Source: Alphaproteobacteria bacterium (GTDB lineage: Bacteria > Pseudomonadota > Alphaproteobacteria > Rs-D84). Taken from it: 64,000 bases of DNA. The DNA lies in NCBI GenBank assembly GCA_024402715.1, contig JAKSTF010000001.1:78924-142923 (forward strand). The letters run 5' to 3'. The position numbers and the translations under genes are program-made. Shown piece after piece: positions 59,204 to 64,000 of the stretch. Numbering within the stretch: the first letter of the stretch is position 1; every line of letters starts with the position of its first letter. The notes under the pieces were generated by a model, which saw nothing but the letters and a program-made list of their open reading frames with translations, was not told the DNA's origin and made no database searches.

Positions 59204-59572
59204 ATGGCAAGAGTAAAACGCGGTACAACCGTAAAACAGAAACATAGTAAAATATTGGCACGTGCCAAGGGATACTTGGGACGTCATAGCACGACATATC
59301 GCGCTGCACGTGAAAAAACGGAAAAAGCGGGGCAGTATGCTTATCGTGATCGTCGCGTTAAAAAACGTGAATTTCGCAGTTTGTGGATTGTCCGCATTAA
59401 TGCTGCAGTTCGTGGTAACGGATTGACATACAGCCAGTTCATGAATGGTTTGAAAAAGGCCGGTGTTGTTCTGGATCGTAAAGTATTAGCCGAAATGGCA
59501 TACGCTGGTGATGCAAATTTTGCGAAATTGGTTGAAACTGCAAAACGATTTATCGGTGCCGATGCGAAATAA
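59204..59572 (+). CDS. rplT: 50S ribosomal protein L20
   Basis: [27 protein letters not shown] .. [21 protein letters not shown]. Confidence 0.96.
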   Translation: MARVKRGTTVKQKHSKILARAKGYLGRHSTTYRAAREKTEKAGQYAYRDRRVKKREFRSLWIVRINAAVRGNGLTYSQFMNGLKKAGVVLDRKVLAEMAYAGDANFAKLVETAKRFIGADAK

Positions 59573-59605
59573 ACCCTTGGCGGCGAATGCTTGTTTTGTA
59601 ATAAT

Positions 59606-59630
59606 AAAAGCCGTCAAATGACGGCTTTTT
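59606..59630 (+). terminator. Hairpin after rplT (terminator/attenuator before pheS)
   Basis: AAAAGCCGTC-AAAT-GACGGCTTTTT. Confidence 0.7.
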
Positions 59631-59651
59631 AATTTTTTAAAGGTATAAGTT

Positions 59652-60599
59652 ATGCAGGAACAAATTAGAAATGTAAACACTTTGGAAGAATTACAGACGC
59701 TATATGCATCTGTGTTTGGAAAAAATGGAACAATGACGATCAGATTAAAGGAAATGAAAAATCTGGACAATGAACAACGCGCAGCATTAAATTTGGAAAA
59801 TACCGCATTGCGCGAGGCTTTTAAAAATCGTCAAATAGAAATAGAAAATGCCGTTATGATGGCGGGGTTGGAAAAACAAAAGTTAGATATGACGTTAAAT
59901 CCAGAATCTGAAAATTTTGGAACTTTACATCCGTTAACTTGTTCATTGGCCGATATATCATATATTTTAGAATCTTTTGGTTATGAATTACGTACTGGAC
60001 CGGAAATTGAAGATGATTGGCATAATTTTACCGCATTAAATACCCCATCATATCATCCAGCACGTGATATGCAGGATACATTTTTTCTGCCAAATGATAA
60101 TGTTATGCGTACGCAAACATCCGCAATTCAAATTCGTAGTATGGATGAATCAAAGGGACCGATTAAAATGTTTGGTATCGGGGCGACGTATCGCAAAGAA
60201 ATGGATGCTACACACAGTCCAATGTTCCATCAAATCGAAGGATTAAATATTGGTAAAAATATAACAATGTCGGATTTGATTGCTGACATTCGTGTATTTT
60301 TACAAAAATTCTTTAATTTAGATAATGTTGAATTACGTATTCGGCCGTCGTATTTCCCTTTTACAGAACCAGGTATTGAAATTGATATGAAATGGCATGG
60401 TGATAAATGGTTAGAAATTATGGGTGCTGGTATGGTTCATCCGAATGTTTTAAGGAATTGTAATATTAACCCAGATGAATACCAGGGATATGCCTTCGGT
60501 TTTGGTTGGGATAGATTGGCAATGTTGAAATATGGTTTTGATGACATAAGAAAGTTTTATGACGGTGATATTCGTTGGTTAAAAATGGCAGGCAAATAA
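59652..60599 (+). CDS. pheS: Phenylalanine--tRNA ligase alpha subunit
   Basis: Class II motifs: HPARDMQDTFF, FGIGATYRKE.DATHSPMFHQIEG, FPFTEPGIEID, GFGWDRLAML. Confidence 0.95.
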   Translation: MQEQIRNVNTLEELQTLYASVFGKNGTMTIRLKEMKNLDNEQRAALNLENTALREAFKNRQIEIENAVMMAGLEKQKLDMTLNPESENFGTLHPLTCSLADISYILESFGYELRTGPEIEDDWHNFTALNTPSYHPARDMQDTFFLPNDNVMRTQTSAIQIRSMDESKGPIKMFGIGATYRKEMDATHSPMFHQIEGLNIGKNITMSDLIADIRVFLQKFFNLDNVELRIRPSYFPFTEPGIEIDMKWHGDKWLEIMGAGMVHPNVLRNCNINPDEYQGYAFGFGWDRLAMLKYGFDDIRKFYDGDIRWLKMAGK

Positions 60600-60612
60600 A
60601 GGAGCGTATAAT

Positions 60613-62913
60613 ATGAAATGGACTTATGATTGGTTGACTGATTATTTACAAACTGATATGTCACCAGAACAAATTGCCGATATTTTAACACGTACCGGTT
60701 TAGAGGTTGATTCTGTTACAGAAACGGTTGTACCTGTGGCCGCAAAAATTGTTGATTGCCAGCCGGTAACAGGCAGCGATCATTTACATGTTTTACAGGT
60801 TGACGATGGTGTTTCTGTGCATCAGGTTGTTTGTGGTGCACCAAATGCCCGTATAGGCTTGATTTCTGCTTTGGCAAAACCTGGATGTGTTATTCAAGGA
60901 CATGAAATTCGCAGCGGAAAATTACGTGGCGTTGAATCAAATGGTATGATGTGCAGTGGTTTTGAATTGGGGGTAAATACTGATAACAGTGGTATTATAG
61001 AATTGCCGGATAATACAGAATTAGGTTCTTCTATTCTAGAAAAAATGATTGTTTTTGAGGCTGGAATTACCCCAAATAGACCGGATTATTTATCTGTTCG
61101 CGGAATTGCACATGATTTAAGTGTTTGTGGTGCTGGTAAGTATGTTTTGCAGGAAATAAATATTCAAGATACACCAAAATCAGTACGCCAGGCAATTATT
61201 GAAACAGATAAATGTGCAGTTTATCAATTTTGTGAAATTTCAGACATAACTGTCCGTGCGTCTGCCCCAAAAATAGTGTCACGTTTAACAGCAATTGGTA
61301 TAAATCCAAAAAATGCCCCAATAGATACAACAAATTATATTTGTTATGATATGGGGCAACCAATGCATTGTTTTGATGCAGATGAAGTTTGTGGAAATAT
61401 TAAAATACGTATGGCAACAGATGGTGAAGATTTTACAGATTTATTTGGAAATAACCATAAATTAACTGTGAATGATATTGTTATTGCAGATGACAATGGG
61501 GTTTTGGCTTTGGCTGGTGTTATTGGTGGTGCACGTGGGTGTACAACAGATAACACTAAAAATATTATATTAGAAAGTGCATATTTTGATCCGGTGTCTG
61601 TCAGAAAAACATCAAAACGTTTTGGTATATCAACAGATGCTTCATATCGTTATGAACGTGGAATTGATCCAACAATTTCGCGTATTGCGATGCATCAGGC
61701 GATTAAAATGATAATGAATGTTTGTGGTGGTAAAATCTGTGGATGTGGAATGGCCGGACAAATTCCATTAGAAACACGAAAAATAATATATAAACCAGAA
61801 TTATTATATGCAAAAACTGGTGTTGATATACCAATGGCCCAGCAACGTGAAATTTTAGAAAAATTTGGTTATAATATTTCTGATAATGGTGATGTTTGGG
61901 AAATTGTACCGACATCAGCACGTGTTGATATAGAAATACCTGAAACTATTGTTGCAGAATTAATGCGTATTTATGGGTATGATAAAATTGCAACTTCTGC
62001 TAAACGTCATGCGGATTTTACAGCAAAGCATAATGCACAAGATATTGATTTAAAGCTAAAATTGTCTGCACGTGGTTTAAATGAATGCAAGTCTTTTGGT
62101 TTTGGTGATTCAAAGGTTGAGGCATTGCTGTTTGACAAACCGTCTATTATAGTTGCTAATCCGATTACAGCGGAATTAAATACAGCACGAAATACATTGT
62201 TGGGAAATATGTTAATGTTTGTTGCCGACAACGAAAAACGTGGATATCCAGATTTAAATCTGTTTGAATTAGGAACCGTATTTGACGGAAATAATCCAAA
62301 AGAACAACATACACAGATTTGTATCGTTCGTACAGGTGACACGTCGCCCAAACATTGGCAACGCCGTAATCGTCCAGTTGATGTTTATGATACCAAAGCA
62401 GATATTATTGCTTTGTTAAACAATCAAAAATTTGATGTCCAGACTGATAATGCCCCACGTTGGGCACATCCGTTCAGATATGGACGAATCGTTTGTGATG
62501 GTGTTATTGTTGCAGAATTTGGTGAACTACATCCAGCAGTTACACGTGCAATGAAAATTAAAACAAATGTATGTGTTGCGATTGTTGATGACATTATGAA
62601 CCTGCCGCAAAAAGTGTCACAGAATTTTGAAGATTTATCTGATTTTCAACCGATTAAACGCGATTTTGCTTTTATTGTTGATACAGATACACCTGCGGAT
62701 AAACTGGTATCAGTTGCGGCCAAGACAGATTCCCGTATAAAAAATATTATTGTTTTCGATACATTTGATATGGGAAATGGCAAAAAATCAATTGCATTTA
62801 CAATAACAATTATTCCTCATGAAAATATGACTGATGTTGAATTGTTAAAAATGCAAGATAATATAATTGCTGCAGTTTCATCTGAATGTGGTGCGATTAT
62901 TCGTGATAAATAA
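60613..62913 (+). CDS. pheT: Phenylalanine--tRNA ligase beta subunit
   Basis: MKWTYDWLTDYL start, tRNA-binding domain (KLRGVESNGMMCS), B3/4 and B5 domains, and a C-terminal anticodon-binding-like domain; 766 aa. Confidence 0.95.
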   Translation: MKWTYDWLTDYLQTDMSPEQIADILTRTGLEVDSVTETVVPVAAKIVDCQPVTGSDHLHVLQVDDGVSVHQVVCGAPNARIGLISALAKPGCVIQGHEIRSGKLRGVESNGMMCSGFELGVNTDNSGIIELPDNTELGSSILEKMIVFEAGITPNRPDYLSVRGIAHDLSVCGAGKYVLQEINIQDTPKSVRQAIIETDKCAVYQFCEISDITVRASAPKIVSRLTAIGINPKNAPIDTTNYICYDMGQPMHCFDADEVCGNIKIRMATDGEDFTDLFGNNHKLTVNDIVIADDNGVLALAGVIGGARGCTTDNTKNIILESAYFDPVSVRKTSKRFGISTDASYRYERGIDPTISRIAMHQAIKMIMNVCGGKICGCGMAGQIPLETRKIIYKPELLYAKTGVDIPMAQQREILEKFGYNISDNGDVWEIVPTSARVDIEIPETIVAELMRIYGYDKIATSAKRHADFTAKHNAQDIDLKLKLSARGLNECKSFGFGDSKVEALLFDKPSIIVANPITAELNTARNTLLGNMLMFVADNEKRGYPDLNLFELGTVFDGNNPKEQHTQICIVRTGDTSPKHWQRRNRPVDVYDTKADIIALLNNQKFDVQTDNAPRWAHPFRYGRIVCDGVIVAEFGELHPAVTRAMKIKTNVCVAIVDDIMNLPQKVSQNFEDLSDFQPIKRDFAFIVDTDTPADKLVSVAAKTDSRIKNIIVFDTFDMGNGKKSIAFTITIIPHENMTDVELLKMQDNIIAAVSSECGAIIRDK

Positions 62914-62927
62914 CGATAGATATCGTG

Positions 62928-62961
62928 AAAAAACTGGGACTGTGTAGTCCCAGTTTTTTTT
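62928..62961. terminator. Bidirectional terminator between pheT and der
   Basis: AAAAAACTGGGACT-GTGT-AGTCCCAGTTTTTTTT. Confidence 0.85.
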
Positions 62962-62978
62962 GTGTAAAAACGATTTAT

Positions 62979-64000
62979 TCAATCAAATGGATTTTCATCT
63001 TTTTTATATTCAATAACAATTGGCAAATGATCCCATTTTAATTCGGTTGCCAGGCCACGTCGTAAATACCGTGTATATGATTCTGGTATATCAGATGCAC
63101 CACCAACATTTATCGTTATCCGCATTGGATGACGTCCTGTTTGACGTGCAAATTTTATTTTCATTGGGCGTTTTAACCGTGACATTGGTGGTTGTCGTGT
63201 TGTTACTAAGTTTTCTATGATACGGTTAATTAAACTGGTTGGTGCCTGGGCATTTGATATATCCCATTGTTCGTAAATGCGACGAAACATGTTTTGAACA
63301 CCCGTGCCTGTTTCTGCAGATATGGCCAAAATCATTGGTTTTATAATCTGGTGAAATGAATTTGTGAATTGGTGTTTTAATTTTAATAATTTTTCATCAC
63401 GTTCCGCTGGATTTATTAAATCCCATTTATTTAATGCCAAACATAAAATTTTCCCGGCATTGTAAACACGGGCTGCAATCCCCAGTGCTTGATTTTCAAT
63501 ATTACGTGTGGCATCAACCACCAAAATAACAACATTTGCACGTTCAATTGCATCCAACGATTTTAATGCAGACAGTGTTTCAACATCATCTGTAACACCG
63601 GCTTTGCGTCGCAGACCTGCGGTATCCATTAATAAAATTTCACGTCCATAAAAGTGTGTTGGAATTTTTACTGTATCTCGTGTAACTCCGGGTTCATTAC
63701 GCACGATTTGCCGGTTTTCGCCTAATATGCGATTTACCAGTGTAGATTTACCAACATTTGGTTGTCCCAAGATAGCAATTTTTAATTTATTATCTTCAAT
63801 TTGTTTATTTTGTTCGACTGTTTCATCTGACGATTTTTCTGCTATTTTGTCCAAAAAATCATAAATTGCATTAAATCCCGTCTTATGTTCTGCAGATATT
63901 TTTACAGGTTCACCAAAACCTAATTTATAAAATTCTTGAATATCCGTCATACGTTTTGCAGATTCTGCTTTGTTTGCTAATAATAATACAGGGGCATGTG
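62979..64000 (-). CDS. der: GTPase Der/EngA; N-terminal part lies beyond the window edge
   Basis: The track ORF starts at an internal Met, and the frame stays open to 64000 (..HAPVLLLANKAESAKRMTDIQ..). Second G domain ILGQPNVGKSTLVNRILG, DTAGLRRK, NKWD, and a KH-like C-terminus. Confidence 0.9.
   Translation of the reverse strand, partial: HAPVLLLANKAESAKRMTDIQEFYKLGFGEPVKISAEHKTGFNAIYDFLDKIAEKSSDETVEQNKQIEDNKLKIAILGQPNVGKSTLVNRILGENRQIVRNEPGVTRDTVKIPTHFYGREILLMDTAGLRRKAGVTDDVETLSALKSLDAIERANVVILVVDATRNIENQALGIAARVYNAGKILCLALNKWDLINPAERDEKLLKLKHQFTNSFHQIIKPMILAISAETGTGVQNMFRRIYEQWDISNAQAPTSLINRIIENLVTTRQPPMSRLKRPMKIKFARQTGRHPMRITINVGGASDIPESYTRYLRRGLATELKWDHLPIVIEYKKDENPFD

Overview
AT-rich (by eye roughly one-third G+C), tightly packed 64-kb chromosomal segment from a diderm bacterium. 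Most of it is housekeeping: gyrB (cut at the left edge), DUF374 acyltransferase-lpxK-lpxC, tRNA-fMet, a pseudouridine synthase, rsmE, infB-nusA, lptF-lptD-surA-rlmN, tRNA-Val, ybaB, pnp, RNase J, dnaQ, uvrD, rpmJ, ychF, a long mreC-mreD-mrdA-rodA-topA-dnaG string, rpmI-rplT-pheS-pheT, and der (cut at the right edge). The cysteine-free rickettsia-like L36, the DUF374-lpxK arrangement and the scattered virB/virD4 genes suggest a reduced, probably host-associated alphaproteobacterium; this is inference only. The standard genetic code fits, since long conserved ORFs are unbroken and lptF ends in TGA. I saw no rRNA, CRISPR array, transposase, integrase or prophage genes. The unusual content is as follows. 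(1) 2.9-9.4 kb holds a type IVb-pilus-like assembly core (PilO/PilP-like, GspE-class ATPase, GspF-class platform) with no pilin, prepilin peptidase or secretin in the window, followed by a duplicated PKD-like/LRR-like secreted protein. (2) 42.2-48.1 kb holds a virB3-virB4 operon that runs into three Sec-signal proteins (an HExxH protein, a 22-Cys Q-rich 583-aa protein, and a helical 8-Cys protein) where virB5/virB6 would be expected; virD4 sits 24 kb away. (3) 13.5-17.7 kb is an effector-like patch next to tRNA-fMet (coiled-coil membrane protein behind a T13 promoter-spacer tract, a split LRR gene, a TPR protein). (4) Smaller oddities include a twice-broken gene carrying an in-phase A_AAA_AAG heptamer, an orphan RusA-motif protein, and a ptb-like/TfoX_N/U32 operon. 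All family assignments come from reading motifs by eye, with no searches run.
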